Shown one piece after another: positions 16,380 to 24,884 of a stretch of DNA of 32,000 nt. A model generated the notes under the pieces. The model ran no database searches, was not told the origin of the DNA, and worked only from the letters and a program-made list of their open reading frames with translations. Position 1 is the stretch's first letter; each line of letters starts with the position of its first letter. Source of the DNA: Archaeoglobus fulgidus DSM 4304 (GTDB lineage Archaea; Halobacteriota; Archaeoglobi; Archaeoglobales; Archaeoglobaceae); the NCBI RefSeq assembly GCF_000008665.1, contig NC_000917.1, forward strand, positions 1,410,001 through 1,442,000, in the 5' to 3' direction. The translations under genes and the position numbers were made by a program.

Positions 16380-17606
16380 TCACCCCAGCTGCGGGAAGAC
16401 TTCCCTGAAGTCTATCTCTCTCCTCCCGCCATCATCCTCAACCTCGACTATTAGCGGAATTCTCTCCACACCCATAGCCTGCAGAATCTTTTGGGCAAGC
16501 TGCAGAGCATCAATGGGGTCTATGCAGGCTTCAGGCGGCATCACTCCCACACCATCAACCTTCCCCATTCCCATCAGCATGGCCCCTATTGCTGCTGGTA
16601 TTCCTGTACCCTCTCCCATCCCCATTCCTCTTGAGGCGAGAGAGAAGTAGTATCTCTTCGTCTCTCCACCCTTCTTTCCTTTAACGGCAACTGTAACGCA
16701 GCCCATAGGCTCCGTAATTCCAGCTTTTTTCAGCAGCTCCCCCCTCTTGAAAAGAATGAACGCTACTGCAAACTCCAGCGGATCAACTATCTGCTCCCCA
16801 ACCTTAATTGGTGGTGAGGAGGTCATGCTGATTCTCACGAGAGTTTTTATGAGTTCTGCATACTCCGGAGGCAAAACGAGGCCGAGGTTCGTCACCCTCC
16901 TTACACCATTAATGTACTTCGGCAGGGTTATGGTTTCCGGATGAGGGTAGGCGTAGACCCAGTATTTCCCGATTAGTGGGAACTCGAACTCCTCCTCAAG
17001 CGCTTTTCCACTTTCCTCAAAGAGCTTTACAGTTTTAAACTCTCCATCGAGGAAAACGGGAATCTCCATCTCCATCGAGTGGATGCGGTGCTTCACCACC
17101 GCTGCCCCCTCCGTAGCCTCTCCGCCGTGGGCGTGGTAGATGTCTATCGCCTCAGTCTCGTCGAAGAGGTGGAGGGCGGCATACTTTGCCAGCAGGTTTG
17201 CAAGACCGGGAGAGCTACCCATTCCGATAACCGCCTTTATTCCAGCCTTCCTCGCCTCCTCATCCATCTTCAGCTGCTCCACCGTAGCATCATAGTCATC
17301 ACAGATATCTACGTAGTTAACACCCGCTTTTATCGCTGCTTTCAGAATTTTAGGGCCGTACTCGTAGAAGGGCCCCACGCAGTTAAGCACGACATCGAAG
17401 TCCTTAATCAACGCTGAGACCCCATCAACATTCCCCGCATCGCACGTCATGGCCTTACTCTCATCGAGCTGGCAGAGGTTTGCCGCTTTTAAAGCATTCT
17501 CCTTGCTCAAGTCTGCAAGATAAAGCTCGGAGAAAATCCCCGACCTGCTCAATATCATCGCTGCGGTTGTGCCAACTGTCCCGCAGCCAAGAACGATGCA
17601 CTTCAT
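16380..17606 (-). CDS. Saccharopine dehydrogenase/reductase-like NAD(P)-binding protein
   Basis: MKCIVLGCGTVGTTAAMILSRSG...FDVVLNCVGPFYEYGPKILKAAIKAGVNYVDICDD...; ends 4 nt upstream of the RuBisCO-family gene. Confidence 0.85.
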   Translation of the reverse strand: MKCIVLGCGTVGTTAAMILSRSGIFSELYLADLSKENALKAANLCQLDESKAMTCDAGNVDGVSALIKDFDVVLNCVGPFYEYGPKILKAAIKAGVNYVDICDDYDATVEQLKMDEEARKAGIKAVIGMGSSPGLANLLAKYAALHLFDETEAIDIYHAHGGEATEGAAVVKHRIHSMEMEIPVFLDGEFKTVKLFEESGKALEEEFEFPLIGKYWVYAYPHPETITLPKYINGVRRVTNLGLVLPPEYAELIKTLVRISMTSSPPIKVGEQIVDPLEFAVAFILFKRGELLKKAGITEPMGCVTVAVKGKKGGETKRYYFSLASRGMGMGEGTGIPAAIGAMLMGMGKVDGVGVMPPEACIDPIDALQLAQKILQAMGVERIPLIVEVEDDGGRREIDFREVFPQLG

Positions 17607-17657
17607 AAATTTGGGGTTGTGTCAGCAAATATAAAGATTTTGATTTAATGTTATAAA

Positions 17658-18425
17658 CTATCTGAAGGCTGGTTGTGCTTCCACACCCTTCGCCCTGCAA
17701 GCCTCCTCTACATCCCGAAGAACCTTCTTCCAGTCTGTTTTTCTCGCCCTATCCGCAATCTCCCCGACAACTCCTCCCTTCATAAAACCCTTAACCCTGA
17801 ACCTGTCGTAGTAAAGCCTGCTGCCAGTTGCCGCCGCAACCTCCACAACCTCCTTTAAATCGCCACTTTCGGGAATTATAGGCCCCAGGAAAATCCAGGT
17901 TTTTATTCCCTCCTCACTCAGCCTTTCTATGGCCTTAACTCTCCTCAAGGGAGACGGGGCGTGAGGCTCGATGATTTTCACGAGGCTGCTGTCCAGAGTT
18001 GTGATCGTAAAGCCCACATCCACCTTCGAAACGTTCTGCAGAAACAAATCCAAATCTCTCAGCACGAGGTCGCTCTTGGTCTGAATTCCAACTCTGAAAT
18101 CGTTTTCAATCAGAATTTCGAGAATTCTCCTCGTCAATCCTTCCCTCCTCTCCAGAGGCTGGTAGGCGTCCGTTAATGTGCTTAAAACCACCCTTCCGTT
18201 TACCCTTCTTCTCAACTCTCTACCAAGAACCTCAGGAAGGTTTTCCTTGATGACGACTATTTCGCCCCATCTCTTTCCTATATCCTTCTGGCAGTAAAGG
18301 CGGGCGTAGCAGTATATGCAGCCGTGAGCGCATCCCACGTAGGGATTGATGGTGAAATCCACCCCAGGAAGGTTGCTCCTGCTCAGAGCGGCTTTAACTC
18401 TCTTCCTTATCACATGAACTCCCAT
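17658..18425 (-). CDS. Radical SAM protein, spore photoproduct lyase-like family
   Basis: INPYVGCAHGCIYCYARLYC; overlaps the 3' end of the NreA-like gene. Confidence 0.85.
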   Translation of the reverse strand: MGVHVIRKRVKAALSRSNLPGVDFTINPYVGCAHGCIYCYARLYCQKDIGKRWGEIVVIKENLPEVLGRELRRRVNGRVVLSTLTDAYQPLERREGLTRRILEILIENDFRVGIQTKSDLVLRDLDLFLQNVSKVDVGFTITTLDSSLVKIIEPHAPSPLRRVKAIERLSEEGIKTWIFLGPIIPESGDLKEVVEVAAATGSRLYYDRFRVKGFMKGGVVGEIADRARKTDWKKVLRDVEEACRAKGVEAQPAFR

Positions 18426-19585
18426 AGCGTCCTCTGCCTCCCCCTCTTGACCAGAGTTGACTTCTCAATCCATCTCCCCACGTCGAGATTCGAGTGCTTG
18501 TCAACGAACCTCAACGCATCTTCGAGAGTGTCAAACTCGCAGTATTTCCCTGCGTACATTTTCCGCAGCATCTCTCTCACGAACCACACTCCTATCGGAA
18601 CATTGAAGCCCGGATATATCTCTCTCCAAACTATAGCCGTTGCCTGCCTTCTTATTCGCCTGAGATACTCCGCTGTTGCCAGCCTTGAGGAGTAGTAGCA
18701 TCCACCAAGCCTTGCGTAGGTCGTTCTTCCGAAGAACCCCTCTGAGTCGGTCAGAACTCCAACCTTGCGAGTCCTGTTCCATGTTGTATCGGGATACCAA
18801 GCCTCCCCCCACTCGTAGCTCCACGGAGAGGGGCAGAGGATGGCAACAAACAGATTTTTACTCTCCTTAAGCACGAAAACCCTGTATCTGTCTATGGTTT
18901 CATACTGCTTGATTTCTTCTATAATTTGCTTTGAGAGAGTATCGTCAACAGCCGTAATCGCCCATCTCGTCGGAACGAGCTTCCTTTTAACTCCCAGAGT
19001 TCCGGCAGAAAGCAGCTTCTGAATGTGCGAAACTGCCACGCCCCGCTCGTATAGATAGCTCATCGCCTCAACCGCTCTCAAATCGGTGTCGTAGTAAACC
19101 TTCTCTACAGCCTTTGGCGGGCGGGGAGCGGAGTGAATTATAACCTCCTTTGCTGGGGCTGAGGCGCCGAAAGGTGGAAGGACGTCATCGAAAAATGCCC
19201 TTACGGAAGGGGGCTTTGCAAAGCTCACTTCGACGTCAATGGGTTTATCGTAGAGGCTCATCTCCTGTACCACTTCAACCTCTTTGCTTCTCCTCACATC
19301 CGCCCTGAACTGCCCGAGAATCATCGAATACCGGAACTCAAGCACTCTTTCAACCGGCACTTCCCGCCACATCTCAGGAGTGTCATAGATTTTGGTGTCA
19401 CCGGTAAATGGAGGAACTGCGGGGCAAATTCTCACCTTTGGATAGCCATACCTCCCAACAAACACAGACGGAGGAGACGAGCCGAGAATATCCCTTTCTA
19501 CGCTCACCTGCGGTCTGAGTGAGGGCATCAATGGACATACCTTTCGGGAGCAAAGCATCCTGCCTCTGCACTCTATGCAGTCCAC
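18410..19585 (-). CDS. nreA: NreA-family archaeal DNA repair protein with N-terminal Cys cluster and C-terminal PIP box
   Basis: MDCIECRGRMLCSRKVCPLMPSLRP...GSSPPSVFVGRYGYPKV...CYYSSRLA...; terminal QRTLWEFM matches the PCNA-interacting pattern. Confidence 0.8.
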   Translation of the reverse strand: MDCIECRGRMLCSRKVCPLMPSLRPQVSVERDILGSSPPSVFVGRYGYPKVRICPAVPPFTGDTKIYDTPEMWREVPVERVLEFRYSMILGQFRADVRRSKEVEVVQEMSLYDKPIDVEVSFAKPPSVRAFFDDVLPPFGASAPAKEVIIHSAPRPPKAVEKVYYDTDLRAVEAMSYLYERGVAVSHIQKLLSAGTLGVKRKLVPTRWAITAVDDTLSKQIIEEIKQYETIDRYRVFVLKESKNLFVAILCPSPWSYEWGEAWYPDTTWNRTRKVGVLTDSEGFFGRTTYARLGGCYYSSRLATAEYLRRIRRQATAIVWREIYPGFNVPIGVWFVREMLRKMYAGKYCEFDTLEDALRFVDKHSNLDVGRWIEKSTLVKRGRQRTLWEFM

Positions 19586-19663
19586 AGTTAATCTTGACTC
19601 TCAATAGTAGAAAAGAGTGATGGTCCCTCTACCCTAGTTTTGGGGGGAAGCGAGCGGGAAAAC

Positions 19664-20006
19664 TTAGGGAGGATAAAATTAAAGAAACTCTTTGTAAGCC
19701 AGATGTAAATTCAATAGCGCATCAATAAAGGTCTCACCAAATTCCGCAATAATGCTGAAGGGAAGCAGCTGAACCCATGCGATTTTAGGGAGATTTTTAC
19801 TCGAAACCGTCTTTTTTGTGAGTTCTCGGGAGCAAAGAAGTGGTTGCTTGAAGCCTCTACAAATTGATTGGCTTTATTTCTCGCCAATTGAGTGGAGAGT
19901 GAAATCAAATCGTGAAACTTGCAGATTAAATCAAAAAAACATATCTCCAACCCATTTCCAAAATAAACTTTTTTGCGCAAATTTTTATTTCTGAAATCCT
20001 CCCTAA
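19664..20006. repeat. 11 bp inverted repeat pair bounding a 343 bp segment
   Basis: TTAGGGAGGAT at 19664..19674 and its reverse complement ATCCTCCCTAA at 19996..20006. Confidence 0.45.
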
Positions 20007-20021
20007 CCTATTTTTCCAAAC

Positions 20022-20041
20022 TTCCACAGGAAACAAAGGGG
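20022..20041 (+). repeat. 20 bp direct repeat, copy 1
   Basis: TTCCACAGGAAACAAAGGGG, exact copy at 20247..20266. Confidence 0.7.
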
Positions 20042-20246
20042 TGGTGGCATGCAATTCTGCAGTTTCAAAAATGAATGTTGGTGGCCTGAGTTTGAAGCTT
20101 CCAAAACAATCTCAACGTTCGAAAATCGAAAATTGGTTCTTACAGCTGCAAATTTAACTTTTCCATCTTTCTGCACTCCTCTTCACAAACAATCCATTAT
20201 AAAGCTCCTGTCCCCGAATTTGCCCTTCTGTATCCTTTTCCACATT

Positions 20247-20266
20247 TTCCACAGGAAACAAAGGGG
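20247..20266 (+). repeat. 20 bp direct repeat, copy 2, 34 bp before the ribbon-helix-helix ORF
   Basis: TTCCACAGGAAACAAAGGGG. Confidence 0.7.
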
Positions 20267-20300
20267 GTAGGCTTAAGTAATGCATGTGTAATACGAGAGT

Positions 20301-21161
20301 GTGAAGCTAGTCTCTTTAAGGCTTGAGGAGGGATTAATAGAGAAAATCGACGAGGTGGCGAGGAAAACCCTCCAGTCGAGGTCTGAGATTATCAGGAGCT
20401 CCATAGCCCTCTATCTGTCTCTGCTTGAAAACATAGGCTTCTACTTCAAGCCATCTTTGCCTATGAAGAACGTTGACGTTTACGAGGAGAGAAATGCCGT
20501 TAACGTTGACCTTGGCAATTTGACTTCTGTCAGCGTGCTCAGCGTCTCTTACGGCGGTGTGGGGGAGCTTGAACTGGACTTCAGGAAGGATCTGGGATTT
20601 GTGGCTGAGGTTATGGCCAATCAGGTTGCAGTGGAGACCTGCTGCAGGTTCATTACACCCCTTCTGGTGATGCTGACCTCAACCTGCGAATTCCTCTACA
20701 CGCACACCTTCTTCAGGATGTTTTCTGAGGCAATAAGGGAAAGAATGAAGGTTCGCACCATGCTTGCTGGTTACGAGGAGTTTTTTGAGACCAAGCAGAG
20801 CGGTTTTGTCGCTACAGTTGTTGGTCTAAGGGATATGAGCACCCGCAACTCTCCGAGGAGGGGGGACAGGATTTACTTTTTCGGAAACGCTGTCAGCGGA
20901 GCTGAGTTGAGCGAAGAAGAGCTTCTTGATATGGCGGATGTGGAAAGGCTGGTGGGGCTGGTTAAGGAGGGAAAAGCCTCGGCAATTTTTCCAGTTAAGA
21001 GCGGTGGATTGAAGGAGGTGGCGGATTACGCAGCTGCTTTGGCTGGAGGAAAGGCAATGCTGTTTGAAAAAAGGGGAGGCTGCCCCGCAACGGCGATTGT
21101 CTTAACATCCGCAGAAGACCTCAGTGGGTACGGCTGTGAGCTGGTGGGGGAAATACTTTAA
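20301..21161 (+). CDS. Ribbon-helix-helix DNA-binding domain fused to a large uncharacterised domain
   Basis: VKLVSLRLEEGLIEKIDEVARKTLQSRSEIIRSSIALYLSLL is a CopG/NikR-like RHH N-terminus, followed by about 240 aa with no family I recognise. Confidence 0.75.
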   Translation: MKLVSLRLEEGLIEKIDEVARKTLQSRSEIIRSSIALYLSLLENIGFYFKPSLPMKNVDVYEERNAVNVDLGNLTSVSVLSVSYGGVGELELDFRKDLGFVAEVMANQVAVETCCRFITPLLVMLTSTCEFLYTHTFFRMFSEAIRERMKVRTMLAGYEEFFETKQSGFVATVVGLRDMSTRNSPRRGDRIYFFGNAVSGAELSEEELLDMADVERLVGLVKEGKASAIFPVKSGGLKEVADYAAALAGGKAMLFEKRGGCPATAIVLTSAEDLSGYGCELVGEIL

Positions 21162-21186
21162 ACCACACAACTCTCTTTATAACTCA

Positions 21187-21879
21187 ATGAGGATTCCCCT
21201 TTACATTGAATTTTCAGGGAAAAAGGTTGCTGTAATTGGTGGAGGGGGAGTTGGCACCCTCAGGGCGAAGAAGTTTGTCGAGGTTGGGGCTGACGTGACG
21301 GTTTTCAGCAAGGAGTTTAGCGATGAGCTCAGGATGATGTTTGAGAGAGGAGAGGTTAAGCTGGTTGAGGCTTCAGCAGAAGAGCTTGATTTTGAGAGCA
21401 TAGCCAGAAATTTTGATTTGATTGTTGTGGCCATAGGCAGTAAGGAGTTTAACGATAAAATAATTGAAGTTGCATCAAAATACAGGGCAATGGTCAACCT
21501 TGCCAACGATGCGGTGAAAACGGAGGTAGTTGTGCCCTTCGAGGGCGGGAAGGAGGGGATAAGGTTTGCTGTTACTACAGAGGGTAAGAGCGGGGTTGTG
21601 GCGAGGAAGGTGAGAGACCTCTTTCAGGAGGCCCTTGAGGGGCGGGAGGACCTGATTACCTTTCTGGAGGCAATGGACTACCTGAAAAGCTACATGAAGT
21701 CCAACAACGTTCCCGTGGAGCTGAGAATGAGGCTGTATCCAATTGTCAGCAAAGACGAGACGTTTCTGGAGCTTGTAAATGCGGGAAGGGTTGAGGAGGC
21801 GAAGAAGCTGGTTGAGAGGATAGTTCAGGATTACGTTTCAGGCAGAAGAAAAGCTGAGGAGGAGGGGATTCAGTTTTGA
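21187..21879 (+). CDS. Siroheme synthase (precorrin-2 dehydrogenase/ferrochelatase, Met8/CysG-N-like)
   Basis: MRIPLYIEFSGKKVAVIGGGGVGTLRAKKFVEVGADVTVFSKEF. The in-frame ATG at 21187 is preferred over 21124, which overlaps the previous gene. Confidence 0.85.
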   Translation: MRIPLYIEFSGKKVAVIGGGGVGTLRAKKFVEVGADVTVFSKEFSDELRMMFERGEVKLVEASAEELDFESIARNFDLIVVAIGSKEFNDKIIEVASKYRAMVNLANDAVKTEVVVPFEGGKEGIRFAVTTEGKSGVVARKVRDLFQEALEGREDLITFLEAMDYLKSYMKSNNVPVELRMRLYPIVSKDETFLELVNAGRVEEAKKLVERIVQDYVSGRRKAEEEGIQF

Positions 21880-22815
21880 AGCTTGACGTTGAGCTTCTGA
21901 TGGCCCTGCAGTATGAACTCCCTCTCTCCACAACACCACTGGTAGATTTGGCGGAGAAGCTGGGCAGGAAGCCTGAAGATGTGATGAGAGCGGTGAGGGA
22001 GTACATTGAGCAGGGAGTGGTCAAGAGGTACGGGCTGAATCTGAACTACAGGGCCTTTTCAAATTACAAGCCGAGCTGCGCTGGTGGGTTTTAAGGCTGT
22101 GAATGTAAGGGAAGTTGCTGCGAAGATTAACGTCCATGACGAGTTCAGGGTTAAGCACAACTTTTTGAGGGACGCTTACTACAATGTCTGGTTTACGGTT
22201 AAGGGAAGGGACGTTGAGGAAATTGAGGCCCTCGTCATTAGCCTTGCTGAGGAGTGTGGAGTGGAAGAATACGTTGTTCTGCCGACGAAAAGGGTTTACA
22301 AGATGGACGTTAAGTATGATCTGACTAAGGGCGTTTCGTGGAGCAACAGGGGTTTGGAGCCCGAAAGCGTCCCCTTGCTTAGGGAATTGGGCTTTGAAGA
22401 GGATTTTGTTAGGGCTCTGGAATCTCTTGATGTGGCTGAAAGGCCCTTTGCAAAGTTCAACCGCCCTGAAGAGGAGGTTGTTGACATCATAGAAGAGCTT
22501 ATGAGGAAGGGGGTGGGCAGAGATTTCAGCGGAGTGCTGAGGGAGAGGAAGGTTGGCTTCAGGGAGAACGGAATGACGGTCTTGAAGCTCTCAGCCAAGC
22601 CTGAGAAGGTGGCGATGCAACTGCTTGAAAGATTCCCGCAGATAACGCACCTCATTGAGAGGGTTGTTAGCGAGAAGTGGAACTATCCGATTTACTTCAT
22701 GGTTCACGCCGTAACGAGGGAGCCCATAGAGGAGATAAGGGCGAGGGTTACAGAGATCGAGGGCGTTGAAGCAGCAGAGACGATTTACAGCAGGGCAAAT
22801 CTGAGAGAGGTATGA
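21876..22815 (+). pseudogene. Siroheme decarboxylase AhbA-AhbB-like fusion, interrupted by a frameshift near 22075
   Basis: First piece MKLDVELLMALQYELPLSTTPLVDLAEKLG...VKRYGLNLNYRAFSNYK (AsnC/Lrp-like HTH). Second frame ..AALVGFKAVNVREVAAKINVHDEFRVKHNFLRDAYYNVWFTV... plus a second module (ERPFAKF...ENGMTVLKLSAKPEKVAMQLLERFPQITHLIERVVSEKWNYPIYFMVHAVTRE). Confidence 0.7.
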
Positions 22816-23726
22816 TTACCTGCTCCAAGTGCAGCAGAAGGGCCGTAATTTTCCAGAGGCACGCTAATAGGCACCTCTGCAAGAGGCACTTCATAGAGGA
22901 CTTCGAGAGGAGGGTGAAGCTTGCTGTTAAGAAGTACGACATGATACAGAAGGGAGACAGGATTGCCATCGCCCTCAGTGGGGGTAAGGACAGCGTAACT
23001 CTCGCCTTCGTTCTGAACAAGCTCTATGGGTTCAGGAGTGATCTGGAGTTTTTTGCCATAACCATCGACGAAGGCATCGCTGGCTACCGCCCTCCGACGG
23101 TTGAGATTGCGAGGAAGGTTACCGAGCAGCTTGGCATGGAGCATCTCGTGGTCTCCTTTGAGGAGAACTTTGGAATGACGTTGGATGAGATGGTGAAGAG
23201 GGGGGACAAGAAGCCCTGCACCTACTGCGGAGTCTTCAGAAAGTATCTGCTGAACAGAACAGCGAGGGAGATGGGAGCGACGAAGCTTGCAACGGGCCAC
23301 AACCTTGACGATGAAACTCAGACCATTCTGCTAAACTTCCTCAATGCGGACATGGAGAGGATGGCAAGGCTTGTTCCGCAGAGGGTTCAGGAAGGTTTGG
23401 TTGTGAGGATCAAGCCCTTCCGCTACGTTTACGAGAAGGAGGTTGTGGTTTACGGATTTTTGCATGAGCTTCCTATGGACTTCGACGAGTGCCCCTACAG
23501 CCACTTCCCAGTGAGGGCTGCTGTCAGGGATTTCCTATACGATTTCGAGAATAAGTATCCGGGGAGGAAGTTCTCGGTCATGAGCAGCTTTGAAAAGCTA
23601 ATTCCCTGTCTCAAGGAGATTTATCCGCAGATTGACCTCAACAGGTGTGAGAGGTGCGGTGAGCCCACACCAAGGCGAATATGTCAGGCGTGCAAGCTGC
23701 TTGAGGAGCTCAGGGGCGTAGATTAA
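22812..23726 (+). CDS. ttuA: TtuA/Ncs6-family tRNA thiolation protein
   Basis: N-terminal Cys/His zinc ribbon, PP-loop IALSGGKDS, central CTYCG, C-terminal CERCGEPTPRRICQAC. Confidence 0.85.
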   Translation: MITCSKCSRRAVIFQRHANRHLCKRHFIEDFERRVKLAVKKYDMIQKGDRIAIALSGGKDSVTLAFVLNKLYGFRSDLEFFAITIDEGIAGYRPPTVEIARKVTEQLGMEHLVVSFEENFGMTLDEMVKRGDKKPCTYCGVFRKYLLNRTAREMGATKLATGHNLDDETQTILLNFLNADMERMARLVPQRVQEGLVVRIKPFRYVYEKEVVVYGFLHELPMDFDECPYSHFPVRAAVRDFLYDFENKYPGRKFSVMSSFEKLIPCLKEIYPQIDLNRCERCGEPTPRRICQACKLLEELRGVD

Positions 23727-23776
23727 AAAAGTCTGGAGGCTCACTTTCTGCACTCTCAATCAGTTTTTTGAGCTTT

Positions 23777-24064
23777 TTAACACGTATGCTTTGTATCGGT
23801 TTCAGTGATTTTTACAATGGTCCTCACACCCTTGTTCGTAATAACCCTTCTCCTCTCCACATAACCCTTCTTCTCCAATCTCGACAGATGCGTGCTTAAG
23901 CTGCCCCAATCGACACCTCCAGCTTTTGACAATTCCCCCTCAGTCATTTCTCTGAAAATAAATAGGAGAGCGGTATGAGAATTGTGGAGCTCAGAATAAT
24001 TAGAATTCCTGAGTAAGGCATGCTCCTGATTACGTCTCCAACCTTCCCGATGTATAACCCACAA
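23777..24064 (-). CDS. Winged-helix (MarR/ArsR-like) transcriptional regulator
   Basis: TEGELSKAGGVDWGSLSTHLSRLEKKGYVERRRVITNKGVRTIVKITE. Confidence 0.6.
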   Translation of the reverse strand: MWVIHREGWRRNQEHALLRNSNYSELHNSHTALLFIFREMTEGELSKAGGVDWGSLSTHLSRLEKKGYVERRRVITNKGVRTIVKITETDTKHTC

Positions 24065-24195
24065 AATAACAGTCCGAAGCCAAGGGAGGGGTACCAGACG
24101 GTGCTAAAGTAGAAAGCCGTTGCTTTGATGGCTAAGGGAAGAAGTGAATATGAAGAGTAAAGCAGCTCCAATTTGCCACCTTCTTTTAATTTCAC
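23944..24195 (-). CDS. Small membrane protein, overlapping the winged-helix ORF
   Basis: MKLKEGGKLELLYSSYSLLPLAIKATAFYFSTVWYPSLGFGLLFCGLYIGK... Confidence 0.45.
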   Translation of the reverse strand: MKLKEGGKLELLYSSYSLLPLAIKATAFYFSTVWYPSLGFGLLFCGLYIGKVGDVIRSMPYSGILIILSSTILIPLSYLFSEK

Positions 24196-24261
24196 CTTCC
24201 AGAGGTATATATCTTCGGAAGAATCTAAGAAAAATGCATCCGCTGAATATTCCGGCTATTG

Positions 24262-24438
24262 TTAGTAGTGCCAGTGAACCTCATATCCAAGACCGAGAAG
24301 CATTAAACTGCTGGCCAGCGTTATCATGGATCCAAAGACCATCCCAAAAATTGCCCAAGTTGTAGCCAGTGCTACATTGTATCGATACCTTTCAAGTTTT
24401 AAGGCCAGCTCTCCCAGCCTTACTGCATCCTCACCCAT
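24262..24438 (-). CDS. Short (58 aa) membrane protein, possibly a fragment
   Basis: [59 protein letters not shown]; read manually, below the ORF-track cut-off. Confidence 0.4.
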
Positions 24439-24518
24439 GTTTCAGCTTGAGCGCATCTGTTAATATACCATGGTGAAACTCTTAATTTGAGAGTGCAAGT
24501 CGAGCAGCATCGGTAAAA

Positions 24519-24830
24519 TTACCCGCCGCGCTCCGCAAGCTTGTTCAGCTCGGACTGAACTATTGCCGGCATGATGATGCTGACCAACCAGAAGAGTAGG
24601 AAGTACAGCACAGCGCTCTCTCCCGGCTTCAGGACCTTTACGAATCCTTCCGCAAATTTGTAAAGCCAGTATATGTTTGCTATCGGAATTATCAGAAGCC
24701 AGCATGTCGGAATGTTGGCTCCGAGACTGTTCAGCTCCCTCTTCACCATAACCAGCCAGTAGATGAAGTATATTCCGAGGGTAACTATTCCGAGAAGGTA
24801 CAGCTTCAAAAGACTTCTTTTTGTTACCAT
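24519..24830 (-). CDS. DUF4234-like membrane protein
   Basis: [28 protein letters not shown]...[16 protein letters not shown]. Confidence 0.65.
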
Positions 24831-24884
24831 ACGTTGTGCAATAGCATTAGAAATAAAAAATTTTTGGTGCTTGCTGTCAAGGAG

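Noticed and set aside
15497-16650. Plus-strand ORFs antisense to the RuBisCO-like and saccharopine-dehydrogenase-like genes
   Set aside because: Composition and low-complexity Ser/Pro-rich translations indicate shadow ORFs.
20022-20266. Possible CRISPR repeats (20 bp copies)
   Set aside because: Only two copies, about 225 bp apart, no regular spacer length and no cas genes in the window.
19711-20270. ORFs 19711..19980 (minus) and 20049..20270 (plus)
   Set aside because: AT-rich intergenic region with repeats; translations are compositionally biased and lack recognisable motifs, though a small protein cannot be excluded.
22296-23300. Minus-strand ORFs within the ahb-like and ttuA-like genes
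   Set aside because: Fully covered by well-supported plus-strand coding sequence.
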